In this document: positions 49,077 to 58,210 of the stretch, one piece after another
Layout: every line of letters begins with the position of its first letter
Position numbering within the stretch: position 1 is the first letter of the stretch
From: Alphaproteobacteria bacterium
GTDB taxonomy: Bacteria; Pseudomonadota; Alphaproteobacteria; RF32; CAG-239
DNA: 64,000 nucleotides
Reading direction: 5' to 3'
Assembly: GCA_045637985.1 (NCBI GenBank)
Contig: JAZUAM010000011.1
Coordinates: 2,764-66,763, forward strand
Made by a program: the position numbers and the translations under genes
The notes under the pieces: model-generated
Told to the model about the DNA's origin: nothing
The model's input: only the letters and a program-made list of their open reading frames with translations
Databases searched by the model: none

Positions 49077-49562
49077 CTAAAAAACAATAATCAGTCCCAA
49101 ATTGTAAACAAAATTAAAATTGAGGAATGTTGCAAAAATCAACCACCAATAATACGGATACAAAAGCATTCCCGCTACTCTACTTATTTTGTGATATATC
49201 GAAATCATTTTAAAAACAATAATATCAAGCAATATTATAACAACAAATCCCAACCCAAGATACCCTTGAGCAAAAAATGTAAAACACCATAAAATTTGTA
49301 AAAACAATTGAATAATAAAAAAATTATTGGCTTTGCGCTTATTATACGAATCCGCATTTTTTAAAACAATAAATGTCGATAGGATAAGAAGAACGTATAG
49401 AACAGACCAAACGATGGGAAAAATATAGTTTGGCGGTGTAAGAGGCGGTAAGTTGATATCGTTATACCAACCGGTAATACCTGTTTGAGTGAATATAGAG
49501 CAAATATATGCCGTTAATAAAACCGCAAATGTACTATAAAAAAATTTAAATCCGTGTTTCAT
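49077..49562 (-). CDS. tspO: TspO/MBR family tryptophan-rich sensory protein
   Basis: 161 aa, 5 transmembrane helices. WYNDINLPPLTPPNYIFPIVWSVLY signature. Confidence 0.8.
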   Translation of the reverse strand: MKHGFKFFYSTFAVLLTAYICSIFTQTGITGWYNDINLPPLTPPNYIFPIVWSVLYVLLILSTFIVLKNADSYNKRKANNFFIIQLFLQILWCFTFFAQGYLGLGFVVIILLDIIVFKMISIYHKISRVAGMLLYPYYWWLIFATFLNFNFVYNLGLIIVF

Positions 49563-49642
49563 TATGTTTATTCCTTGAAAAATTAAAGATTTTCATATAA
49601 TAGATTTATGATGTAATTTGTTTTTTTAAATAGGATAAAAAG

Positions 49643-50338
49643 TTGGAATATAATTACAAACTTTTAACTGCTGAAGTAATCGAAGTATGTAATGATCTGA
49701 TTGTTGACGCAAAGTTAGAGGATAATCAGCAAGTAACTGCTTTTTGCGGTGCGGTTGAAATTGCAAAAATGTGTAAACCGGGAATGCGTTTGTTGTTGAA
49801 AAGAACATCAAATTCTAAAAGGTTGGTAAAATATAATGTTGCCTTTATCGAAACGGAAAGCGGAATTGTTTTTGCAAATCCTAAATACAATCGTCAACTT
49901 TTTCAAGAAGCCTTTGAAAATAACGTCCTAAGTGATTTTGCCGAATACAATCACTGTATCCCTTTAAATATAAATGACAATGTTAACGGAATTGATTTTG
50001 AATTAAAAAATGATTCCGGTAAGAGATGTTTTGTATTTGTGACATCTTTGTATGAAAAACGAGAGGGTTATGCGGTATTTCCTCAGGCTATTAATTTTTT
50101 TGAAATGAAAATTTTAGAAGAGATGAAAAAACATCAAAAAAATGGTGATGATGTGTGTATCTTTATGATTGTTCCCAGAGAAGATTGTAATAGCGCCAAA
50201 TTTGTATGGAATCTCAATGCATTGGCAGCAGCATCAACTTTTGAAGCTGCAAAAAACGGAATTAAATTTTTGTGTTATGGTTGCAATGTAGCAAAAAATC
50301 ATATAGAAATTAGCAGAAAAATGGAAATTTTATATTAG
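49643..50338 (+). CDS. sfsA: Sugar fermentation stimulation protein A homolog (SfsA)
   Basis: 231 aa. Colinear similarity to SfsA (KLLTAEV..TAFCGAVEIAKMCKPG; GIDFEL..CFVFVTSL..EGYAVFPQA; VCIFMIVPRED). Confidence 0.7.
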   Translation: MEYNYKLLTAEVIEVCNDLIVDAKLEDNQQVTAFCGAVEIAKMCKPGMRLLLKRTSNSKRLVKYNVAFIETESGIVFANPKYNRQLFQEAFENNVLSDFAEYNHCIPLNINDNVNGIDFELKNDSGKRCFVFVTSLYEKREGYAVFPQAINFFEMKILEEMKKHQKNGDDVCIFMIVPREDCNSAKFVWNLNALAAASTFEAAKNGIKFLCYGCNVAKNHIEISRKMEILY

Positions 50339-50353
50339 GTTGAGGAAAAACAC

Positions 50354-51163
50354 GTGACTAAAAAAAATAAAGACGGAATAATTATACATAGTGATCCGAA
50401 AGATTTTGAAGGAATGCGAAAAGCAGGAAAATTGGCTGCCGAGTGTTTGGATTATATAACACCATTTGTTGATGTCGGAGTGACAACAGAATATTTGGAT
50501 GATTTATGTAAAAAATTCATTATGGAACACGGGGCTATCCCTGCATGCTTGGGATACAGAGGATACCCTAAAAGTACGTGTATATCAATAAACCATGAAA
50601 TTTGTCACGGCATTCCATCTTCGGAAAGAAAGCTTCTTAACGGTGATATGCTCAATATTGACGTAACGGTTATTGTTGACGGTTGGTATGGGGACACATC
50701 TCGTATGTATTATGCAGGGAAACCGTCAGTAAAAGCCAAAAGACTGTGTGATGTTACTTATGAGTGCTTAATGAGAGGTATTGAGGTTGTAAAACCCGGC
50801 GCTTATTTTGGTGATATCGGGGCAGTAATTGAAGATATTGCCCATCATTACGGATATTCCGTTGTAGATATGTTTTGCGGACATGGATTGGGTAAAGTAT
50901 TTCATGATGAGCCTAATGTTTTGCATTGCGGCAAAAAAGGAACAGGACCGCGACTGGAAGAAGGGATGTTTTTTACTATTGAACCAATGATTAATTTTGG
51001 CAAAAAAGATGCGACTATATTGTCAAATGATTGGACTGCCGTAACTAAAGATCGTTCGTTATCGGCTCAATTTGAACATTCTTTAGCTGTTACAAAAGAT
51101 GGGTTTGAAGTGTTTACATATTCACCTAAAGGATTGAATAAACCTCCTTATATCGAAAAATAG
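50354..51163 (+). CDS. map: Methionine aminopeptidase, type I
   Basis: 269 aa. Metal ligands in NHEICHGIP, DVTVIVDGWYGD, GHGLG and TIEP motifs. GTG start with GAGGA 8 nt upstream. Confidence 0.9.
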   Translation: MTKKNKDGIIIHSDPKDFEGMRKAGKLAAECLDYITPFVDVGVTTEYLDDLCKKFIMEHGAIPACLGYRGYPKSTCISINHEICHGIPSSERKLLNGDMLNIDVTVIVDGWYGDTSRMYYAGKPSVKAKRLCDVTYECLMRGIEVVKPGAYFGDIGAVIEDIAHHYGYSVVDMFCGHGLGKVFHDEPNVLHCGKKGTGPRLEEGMFFTIEPMINFGKKDATILSNDWTAVTKDRSLSAQFEHSLAVTKDGFEVFTYSPKGLNKPPYIEK

Positions 51164-51172
51164 GAACTTAGC

Positions 51173-51865
51173 ATGAACGAAAAAGAGGCTGATTATATCG
51201 GACATAGAGAACGTGTTCGCAGAAAGTTTCTTGCAAACAACGGTAAAGGGATGGCTGATTATGAACTTTTGGAACTGTTACTGATGATGGCCATTCCCAG
51301 AAGAGACGTTAAGCCGATTGCAAAAGAGCTTTTGCGCAAATTCGGTTCTTTTGCCGATGTTGTGAATGCACCGATAAGTAAATTGATGGAAATTAATTAC
51401 ATAAAAGAATCAAGTATAGTTTTATTAAAATCAATTGCCGCATCTGTTCAAAAGATTTGTTGGGAAAATTTGGCTGATGATGATAAACCCGTATTAATAA
51501 ACATTGACACTCTGGTTGACTATTGCAGATCATCCATAGCTTACAGTGATGTTGAAGAGCTTATGGTGATATATTTGGATGCATCATTAAAGCTTGTAGA
51601 TACTGAAGTTTTACAAAAAGGTTCTTTAACCGGAGTTGTTATCGCACCAAGAGAAATTGTTCAACATGCATTGGACAGAAATGTACCAAATATAATATTG
51701 GTTCATAACCATCCTTCAGGAAATGTGCGCCCATCTGAAAATGATTGTGTTTTAACCAGAAAAATAGCCCAAGCTTGCGAGCTAATGGGCTTGAAATTGC
51801 AAGAGCATATAATTATAAGTAAAAGCGGCTATTTTTCGTTTAGAGAAAAAGGTCTGATATCCTAA
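51173..51865 (+). CDS. radC: RadC-family JAB-domain protein
   Basis: 230 aa. C-terminal LVHNHPSGN JAMM motif. N-terminal HhH-like region. Confidence 0.85.
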   Translation: MNEKEADYIGHRERVRRKFLANNGKGMADYELLELLLMMAIPRRDVKPIAKELLRKFGSFADVVNAPISKLMEINYIKESSIVLLKSIAASVQKICWENLADDDKPVLINIDTLVDYCRSSIAYSDVEELMVIYLDASLKLVDTEVLQKGSLTGVVIAPREIVQHALDRNVPNIILVHNHPSGNVRPSENDCVLTRKIAQACELMGLKLQEHIIISKSGYFSFREKGLIS

Positions 51866-52470
51866 CTTATGCGTGATATCACTTTTTCTATAAGTAACGT
51901 TATGTTTCCGGTAAAAAGTTTAATTGATATTGCCAATAAGATTATGCCAAAAAACTTTTTGACCATATAAAGCATTCCTGCTCCAAGCAATTTTTCTATT
52001 TTTCCGGTAATTCGTAATATTGCGTATACAACTATCATATTAGCACCTATAGCTGATAGAATATTAATCGGGGCATATTGTGAACGTATAGCCAAAACCG
52101 TTGTTAAAGCTCCAGCTCCGGCTATAAGGGGGAACACTACAGGAAAAAAGCTCGAATCGCGTGGAGTATCTGATGTTTCTTTAAAAATGGATATATCTAA
52201 AATCATTTCGGCAGCCATCACGAAAATAATCAATGAACCGGCAACAGCAAATGATGCGGTATCAACACCAAACAAATTTAAAAACGCTTCTCCGACATAA
52301 TAAAAAATAAGAAACATTATAAAAGCTAACACTGCCGTTTTTACGGGACGGATTATTTTTCCTTTTTTGCGAAGCGAAATAATAATAGGAATTGATCCCG
52401 GAATATCAATAATTGCAAAAAGCACAAAGAATGCTGCTAAAAATTGTTGCCAATCAAAACTTGATACCAT
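51862..52470 (-). CDS. MarC-family integral membrane protein (UPF0056)
   Basis: 202 aa, 6 transmembrane helices. FVLFAIIDIPGSIPIIIS motif. Confidence 0.7.
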   Translation of the reverse strand: MVSSFDWQQFLAAFFVLFAIIDIPGSIPIIISLRKKGKIIRPVKTAVLAFIMFLIFYYVGEAFLNLFGVDTASFAVAGSLIIFVMAAEMILDISIFKETSDTPRDSSFFPVVFPLIAGAGALTTVLAIRSQYAPINILSAIGANMIVVYAILRITGKIEKLLGAGMLYMVKKFFGIILLAISIKLFTGNITLLIEKVISRIS

Positions 52471-52587
52471 TTATATTTCTCCTGTCTCAGCGTTTTTTTG
52501 GAATATAGCATTAGACAAATGCTTGGCAAGATGATAAAAGATTTGTACACTGCTTTTACTTAAAAAGTTGTTGCGACATAAACTTTA

Positions 52588-54108
52588 GTGTGGTATCTGA
52601 TACACAGAAGTTTGGATATTGTATGGAGTTTTTTCATGTTAGCCTTATTGATATTTTTTATCGGTTTTATGATGTTTTCTTCGGCAAATTGGGTTGTTCG
52701 TAAATTTGGCGAAGTTACCTATGAACAAATAATGTTTCATCTGAACATGCCTTTTTCTTCTGAAATCAGGATGATGATGAGTTATTTAAAAAATACAGTA
52801 ATGACAGGGCTGATAATTGTATTAATTTTGGCAATTGTATTTTGTTATAAATATAAATTTCATATAAAGATAATAGATGCTTTCCGCGAAAAAATATACA
52901 AAAACAGAAACTTATTAAGCTTTATATGGTTGTTGTTTTGTTTGGTATTTGTGTTTTTTAAGATGAATGTTTGGAACATGATTACTTTTCATAAATATAA
53001 AAGTGAAACATCCAACTTCTATGAAGAAAATTATGTTATTCCGCAAAATACGAAAATTACATTTCCTAAAAACAAACGTAATTTGATATTAATTTTTGCA
53101 GAATCAATGGAAACAACCTATGCCAAAACTCCTAAGCATAATTATTTTGGAGCAGATTTGATTGCCGGATTGCATGAGTTGGCGAACAATCATATTAATT
53201 TCAGTGATAATGAATTTATCGGTGGAGCTTATCAAATTGACGGGACACAATGGACACAAGCAGGATTATTTGCTCAAACCTGTGGCGCGCCGATACAACT
53301 ACCGATAAATGATCCGAATTGGTTTCATCCTAAAGAAGGATTTTTTCCCAAAGCTTGGTGTTTATATGATATTTTGAGAGAGCAAGGGTATAATCTGACA
53401 TCTTTAATCGGTTCAAATGGTGAATTTGCTGCGATGGATAAGTTTGTTGAAACTCATGGTGAACAAAAATTGTTGGATACAAATTTTTATGCAAAGAGAG
53501 ACGGAATAAAATTATCATTTGAAAAAACAACCAAGTTGCCGGATAAACAACTTTTTGAATATGCAAAAGAAGAGTTGCAAAACTTGAGTTCTCAAAATAA
53601 GCCTTTTGTATTTACAATGATGACTCTTGATACCCATTATGGAACTTATCGTTTTGATGCAAGTGTATGCAAAAGAAAATATGGCGAAGGAAATAGTATA
53701 GAAAATGTTGTTTCTTGTTCTGATACGCAAATAACAGAATTTATAAATTGGCTTAAACAACAGGATTTTTATGATAATAGTGTTATCGTGATTGTCGGGG
53801 ACCATCTTACGATGAATCAGCGTTTTAATAAAGATATGGATAGAAAACTGCTAAATATTTTTATGAATTCGCCGGTTGCAGCCATAAATACAAAAAACAG
53901 AACATTTACGTCTTTTGATATGTATCCGACAATTATTGAAAGTCTTGGTGCTAAGATTGAAGGACATCGATTGGGACTTGGTACTTCGTTGTTTTCAGAT
54001 ATTCCTACTCTGACAGAAGGTAAAATGACGATTGATGAAATGGATATTGATGTAAGAAAGAAGTCAAAACTTTATGATTGGATGCTTTATGGTAAAGATG
54101 TTCATTAA
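52588..54108 (+). CDS. Sulfatase-family membrane protein (phosphoglycerol/phosphoethanolamine-transferase or LTA-synthase-like)
   Basis: 506 aa. About 5 N-terminal transmembrane helices, then an alkaline-phosphatase-superfamily domain (MMTLDTHYG, VIVIVGDHL). Confidence 0.6.
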   Translation: MWYLIHRSLDIVWSFFMLALLIFFIGFMMFSSANWVVRKFGEVTYEQIMFHLNMPFSSEIRMMMSYLKNTVMTGLIIVLILAIVFCYKYKFHIKIIDAFREKIYKNRNLLSFIWLLFCLVFVFFKMNVWNMITFHKYKSETSNFYEENYVIPQNTKITFPKNKRNLILIFAESMETTYAKTPKHNYFGADLIAGLHELANNHINFSDNEFIGGAYQIDGTQWTQAGLFAQTCGAPIQLPINDPNWFHPKEGFFPKAWCLYDILREQGYNLTSLIGSNGEFAAMDKFVETHGEQKLLDTNFYAKRDGIKLSFEKTTKLPDKQLFEYAKEELQNLSSQNKPFVFTMMTLDTHYGTYRFDASVCKRKYGEGNSIENVVSCSDTQITEFINWLKQQDFYDNSVIVIVGDHLTMNQRFNKDMDRKLLNIFMNSPVAAINTKNRTFTSFDMYPTIIESLGAKIEGHRLGLGTSLFSDIPTLTEGKMTIDEMDIDVRKKSKLYDWMLYGKDVH

Positions 54109-54110
54109 AA

Positions 54111-54146
54111 AATACCGCTTATTGATTTTTCAATAAGCGGTATTTT
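54111..54146. terminator. Bidirectional rho-independent terminator
   Basis: ATACCGCTTATTG/CAATAAGCGGTAT 13-bp stem followed by T6. It sits between convergent genes. Confidence 0.6.
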
Positions 54147-54545
54147 TTATTCGTTATTATTTTCTTGAGATGTATAAGGTTCGAAAAGGAGTTCTCCGCC
54201 GTTTTCTGTTATTAAAACCAAATAATCTCCTTGCATTTTATATGATTTGACCTTGGGTATAATTTGAATAAAATTTTGTTCAGCTTCCATGGCTTCTTCC
54301 GGTCCCATCATCATTGTTGAAGCAACATCACTTATGGTAAGATTGTTGTCTTTTCCTACGGAATATTTTCCCATAAGATAATTAACAACCTTTCCGTTAA
54401 ATTTTCCATCCTCAGAAAACACTATTGTTGTCGGAATATTATTTAGCGAATCGACTAATTTATATTCACCGGTTTTGAATGTTTGTTCCTGACCTCCACT
54501 GCAAGCAGCCAAAAACATAAAAAAAGATATAATTGTCTTCTTCAT
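54147..54545 (-). CDS. Small lipoprotein, META/HslJ-like domain
   Basis: 132 aa. Lipobox FLAACSG. The pattern FSEDGKFNGKVVNYLMGKYSV...LTISDVASTMMMGPEEAMEAEQNF..YKMQGDYLVL resembles a META domain. Confidence 0.45.
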   Translation of the reverse strand: MKKTIISFFMFLAACSGGQEQTFKTGEYKLVDSLNNIPTTIVFSEDGKFNGKVVNYLMGKYSVGKDNNLTISDVASTMMMGPEEAMEAEQNFIQIIPKVKSYKMQGDYLVLITENGGELLFEPYTSQENNNE

Positions 54546-54567
54546 TTATCTATCTCCAATAAAAATA

Positions 54568-55866
54568 TTATTCATCTTCTTCATCTTTGATACGAACAAT
54601 ATCTGCTCCAACAGAACGAAGCTTTTCTTCCAATTTTTCATATCCTCGATCAAGATGATATACTCTATTAACTATTGTTTCTCCCTCGGCAATAAGTCCT
54701 GCTAAAATAAGAGCAAATGATGCTCTCAGATCTGTTGCCATAACTTGAGCGCCGGAGAGTTTGTCAACACAGCGTACTATTGCTGATGCATGACCATGAA
54801 CATTAATATTCGCCCCCATACGCAAAAGTTCCGGCACATGCATAAAGCGATTTTCAAAAATTGTTTCCGTTACCATTGATGCTCCATCTGCTGTAAGCAT
54901 TAAGGCTAAAAATTGTGCTTGAAGATCTGTCGGGAATCCGGGGAAAGGTTCGGTCATAATATCTTGCCCAATAAGCTTTCTGTTCTTTGCATCAATAATA
55001 ATACCTGTTTCGGTTTCTTCAATCCTAACGCCCATATCTTGCAACACTTGCAGAGGACGGCGCAAAGTTTCTGAACGGGCATTTATAAGTTCTATGCAAC
55101 CTCTGGTTATTGCGGCAGCTACGGCATATGAACCGGCCTCTATTCTATCGGCAATAACTTTGTGTACTGTTCCATGAAGTTTTTCAACTCCGTCAATTGT
55201 CAATACAGCTGTTCCGATGCCACTGATTTTAGCTCCCATCGAATTAAGCATTTTGGCTAAATCACCTATTTCCGGTTCTTTGGCGGCATTTTCTAAAACT
55301 GTACGTCCTTCAGCCAAAACGGCGGCCATCAATACATTACAGGTAGCACCGACCGAAACACCGGGAAATATTATGTGGGCGCCCTTTAACCTTCCTTCTG
55401 TGTTTGCATATATATAGCCATTGCGAATTTCTATCTTTGCTCCCATTTTTTCTAAGGATGAAAGATGAATATCCATCGGACGAGCGCCAATTGCACATCC
55501 GCCGGGAAGAGAAAGCTCACATTTACCAAAACGCGCAAGTAATGGCCCCAAAACGTAGTATGATGCGCGCATTTTGCGAACATAATCATATGGTGCAGTA
55601 ATACTTTCAATCTCTCTGGTACGATATGAATATGTTTTGGTCGCGTGGCCATCAACAAAGTCGTCAAAATCATTAATCTTGGTACCAAGTTGTTCCAAAA
55701 GCTTGTTCATCGCACGAATATCAGAAAGCATCGGCATATTTGTTAATGTAATAGTTTCATCAGTAAGAAGCGAAGCACAAATCAGCGGCAATGCTGCATT
55801 TTTGGCACCACTAATAAAAATCTTTCCTTCTAAAGCTTTACCGCCACGAATTTTAATCTTGTCCAT
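54568..55866 (-). CDS. murA: UDP-N-acetylglucosamine 1-carboxyvinyltransferase
   Basis: 432 aa. [19 protein letters not shown]. The active-site Cys lies in the [11 protein letters not shown] loop. Confidence 0.93.
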   Translation of the reverse strand: MDKIKIRGGKALEGKIFISGAKNAALPLICASLLTDETITLTNMPMLSDIRAMNKLLEQLGTKINDFDDFVDGHATKTYSYRTREIESITAPYDYVRKMRASYYVLGPLLARFGKCELSLPGGCAIGARPMDIHLSSLEKMGAKIEIRNGYIYANTEGRLKGAHIIFPGVSVGATCNVLMAAVLAEGRTVLENAAKEPEIGDLAKMLNSMGAKISGIGTAVLTIDGVEKLHGTVHKVIADRIEAGSYAVAAAITRGCIELINARSETLRRPLQVLQDMGVRIEETETGIIIDAKNRKLIGQDIMTEPFPGFPTDLQAQFLALMLTADGASMVTETIFENRFMHVPELLRMGANINVHGHASAIVRCVDKLSGAQVMATDLRASFALILAGLIAEGETIVNRVYHLDRGYEKLEEKLRSVGADIVRIKDEEDE

Positions 55867-56008
55867 TTTTAGAGGCCTCCTCTTTTAACTGCTCACGTTT
55901 TTTTTGTTGTTGTTTTCTTTTTTCTAAATTTTTTTGCAGAGCCTTGGCTTCACGTTCAAAACGTTGATCATACCGAGGTTTGGTTGGAGATTTACACTCT
56001 TTTGACAT
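55853..56008 (-). CDS. Candidate 51-aa basic K/Q-rich small protein overlapping the murA start
   Basis: AAGGA 8 nt before ATG at 56008. Encodes [51 protein letters not shown]. Its stop lies 14 nt inside murA. Not in the ORF track. Confidence 0.3.
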   Translation of the reverse strand: MSKECKSPTKPRYDQRFEREAKALQKNLEKRKQQQKKREQLKEEASKNGQD

Positions 56009-56147
56009 AGCTTTTCCTTTGTATCTATATTTCCGTTTTTAGTTATATCATATAAAAATAAAAAAATAAGTAAAATAATAAAAAATCCCTTGATTTTTAT
56101 AAAATGGTTTTGTATGTTGAGCTTCGCAAGATAGTATAGAATTATTT

Positions 56148-56222
56148 TGCCGCTATAGCTCAGTGGTAGAGCACACCCTTGGTAAGGGTGGGGTCGTAAG
56201 TCCGATTCTTACTAGCGGCACC
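56148..56222 (+). tRNA. tRNA-Thr(GGU)
   Basis: GCCGCTATAGCTCAGTGGTAGAGCACACCCTTGGTAAGGGTG...TAGCGGCACCA. Cloverleaf with anticodon loop TTGGTAA. T-loop TCCGATT. Confidence 0.85.
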
Positions 56223-56225
56223 ATT

Positions 56226-56254
56226 AAAACAGCCTCCTTTACGGAGGCTTTTTT
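56226..56254 (+). terminator. Rho-independent terminator after tRNA-Thr
   Basis: AGCCTCC-TTTAC-GGAGGCT followed by T6. Confidence 0.65.
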
Positions 56255-56402
56255 AATGGTTTGACGATAGTTAGAAGCGGACTTGTCCGGAGTGGATAGT
56301 TGGTGAAAACGAGTGTTGAGCTTAGCAAATCGCTTAGCGAAATACGAAGTTTGAACCATACGACACGAGGAGGACCCGCGAATATTATGAGCGGGAGTAC
56401 CC

Positions 56403-56421
56403 ATTCTTACTAGCGGCACCA
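56403..56421 (+). repeat. Perfect 19-nt direct repeat of the tRNA-Thr 3' end (att-like), 181 bp downstream of the tRNA
   Basis: ATTCTTACTAGCGGCACCA at 56204-56222 (inside the tRNA) and again at 56403-56421. Both copies are followed by a similar hairpin plus T-run. Confidence 0.7.
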
Positions 56422-57205
56422 TTTGTTAAAACCGTTCCTAAAGGAGCGGTTTTTGCTTTATCAGGGTTGAATCCCATAAAGTCCGATAATTTGTTTCCCA
56501 AAAACAGCATTTTCTCGTCAATTATCGGACTTTTTCATTTTCTTTTTTTGTTTTATCTGTTATAAAAGCAGAAAAGGAGCAATGAATGATAGAATATTTT
56601 GATGTCCTAGATGAGCAAGGTCATAAAATCGGCAAGACCAAAGCACGTTCAGAAGTTCATAGAGATGGTGATTGGCATAAGGCTGTTCATATATGGATAG
56701 TGAATGATAAAGATGAAATTCTTTTACAAAAAAGAAGCCCGAATAAAGACAGTCACCCTAATATGTGGGATATTTCCAGTGCCGGACATTTAACTGCCGG
56801 TGATGATTCTTTATCAGGCGCAATCAGGGAAATAAAAGAAGAATTAGGTGTAGATATATTGCCTTCACAGCTAACTCTTATAGGAACAAGAAATAGTTCA
56901 AGTAAGCCTAAAACAACATTTATTAATAATGAATTTAACGATGTCTATTTACTTCGGTTGTCATTGAATTTAGATAAAATCATACTTCAAGAAAATGAAG
57001 TTTCCGAGGTTAAGTATATTCCTATTGATGAATTTAGGCATATGATAAAGACCGGAGATGAAACTCTTTTAATGCACAATGATGAATTTGAAATGCTTTT
57101 TAAGGCATTAGGTTATAAATTATAAAGATTCCATAAATATGCAGTCTTTTCAATTAACTGCTTATAATCATCATAATTTTCACTCCGATAATCGCAAAGT
57201 ATCGT
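56416..57205 (+). mobile_element. Repeat-bounded single-gene cassette/islet 1 (Nudix cargo), putative integrative remnant at tRNA-Thr
   Basis: The left end GCACCATTTGTTAAAACC-hairpin...AAAGTCCGATAATT is about 80% identical to the left end of the next cassette. The right end TATAATCATCATAATTTTCACTCCGATAATCGCA matches the right end of the next cassette in 29 of 34 positions. Confidence 0.4.
56586..57125 (+). CDS. Nudix hydrolase
   Basis: 179 aa. Nudix box GHLTAGDDSLSGAIREIKEELGV. AAAGGAG Shine-Dalgarno 7 nt upstream. Confidence 0.85.
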   Translation: MIEYFDVLDEQGHKIGKTKARSEVHRDGDWHKAVHIWIVNDKDEILLQKRSPNKDSHPNMWDISSAGHLTAGDDSLSGAIREIKEELGVDILPSQLTLIGTRNSSSKPKTTFINNEFNDVYLLRLSLNLDKIILQENEVSEVKYIPIDEFRHMIKTGDETLLMHNDEFEMLFKALGYKL

Positions 57206-58103
57206 GCACCATTTGACAAAACCGCCTCCAAATAGGCGGTTTTTGTTATATCAGTGTTATATTCCTCAAAGTCCGATAATTGTAAATATATTTACAGGTA
57301 TTAAGGCAATAATTTATGTATGTCGTACTCATCATAACCTTCGTAATAATAGCTGACATCAATGCCTTTCATAAATATTTCACGCTCATCAATTTTATCG
57401 GTCAGGGCATTTTTCAAAAGATGTTTAATTTCAATGTCTTTTATCGGGCTACGTTCCATTGCCGATAGATAATCTTCTTTATCAATATTGTTCCAATCAA
57501 CAACCATTTTCAGTTCTTTTTTAAATATTAGATCAAGCCAAATTCTGGTTGCGCGTCCGTTACCTTCTCTAAAAGGATGCGCAATATTCATCTCTACATA
57601 TTTTTCAACAATTTCATCAAAAGTTGATTGTGGCATTTTCTCTATATTTTTTAATGATTGTTCTAAATACATAACGGGAGCAAAACGAAAATTACCTTTA
57701 GATATATTAACATCACGTATTTGACCGGCAAAGTCATAAATATCTTCAAATAAAAATTTATGTATTTGTTGTAATCCTTTAATTGTTCCAACTTTAAGCT
57801 TATCAATCTTGCCGCTATCAAAGAGCTTAACAGCTTTTTCTTTACTGATTTTTTCTTCTGCCTTATTTAGCTCTGTCTGACTGCTAATGTTTAATTTGTT
57901 TTTTAAAACCATCTCTGTCCCTTTTGAAACATTTTTGATGTATTATATGATATAATTACTAAAATTTACATAATAGAATTACTTTGCTAACAAATTAAAG
58001 AACATCTTTATTTGAACCATCCTGCTCCGGAGACAACTCTAACTTATACCCCAACTTTCTATAATCATCGTAATTTTCAGTTCGATAATTGCATGAGTTA
58101 CGC
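57206..58103 (+). mobile_element. Repeat-bounded single-gene cassette/islet 2 (Fic cargo)
   Basis: Left end GCACCATTTGACAAAACCGCCTCCAAATAGGCGGTTTTTG...AAAGTCCGATAATTG. Right end TATAATCATCGTAATTTTCAGTTCGATAATTGCA, followed by GCACCATTTG at 58104. Confidence 0.4.
57301..57912 (-). CDS. fic: Class III Fic-domain AMP-transferase (NmFic-like, with a C-terminal autoinhibitory helix)
   Basis: 203 aa. Fic motif [13 protein letters not shown]-terminal SYYYEG, the inhibitory S/TxxxEG. Long colinear similarity to the Neisseria meningitidis class III Fic (GLQQIH.FLF...[17 protein letters not shown]; [21 protein letters not shown]). Confidence 0.85.
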   Translation of the reverse strand: MVLKNKLNISSQTELNKAEEKISKEKAVKLFDSGKIDKLKVGTIKGLQQIHKFLFEDIYDFAGQIRDVNISKGNFRFAPVMYLEQSLKNIEKMPQSTFDEIVEKYVEMNIAHPFREGNGRATRIWLDLIFKKELKMVVDWNNIDKEDYLSAMERSPIKDIEIKHLLKNALTDKIDEREIFMKGIDVSYYYEGYDEYDIHKLLP

Positions 58104-58210
58104 GCACCATTTGTTAAAATACAAACCTTTGAACATTGAAATATCAGACAAACTTACTCATTGTCAAAATGCTTTTTTTATGCTACAAAACTATGAACAA
58201 GGAGATAAAA

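Noticed and set aside
56153-56422. 89-aa minus-strand ORF (MVPLVRMGTP...)
   Set aside because: It lies antisense across tRNA-Thr and the duplicated tRNA 3' end. Its internal repeat (MVPLVRMG / MVPLVRIG) only mirrors the DNA repeat. It is a spurious ORF.
56416-58115. Interpretation of the cassettes as a classical integron (attC sites)
   Set aside because: The repeat ends contain GTTAAAA-like strings but lack convincing R''/L''-L'/R' core-site symmetry. No intI/attI is in the window and the cargo genes are in opposite orientations. The structure is kept as an unclassified att-like cassette array.
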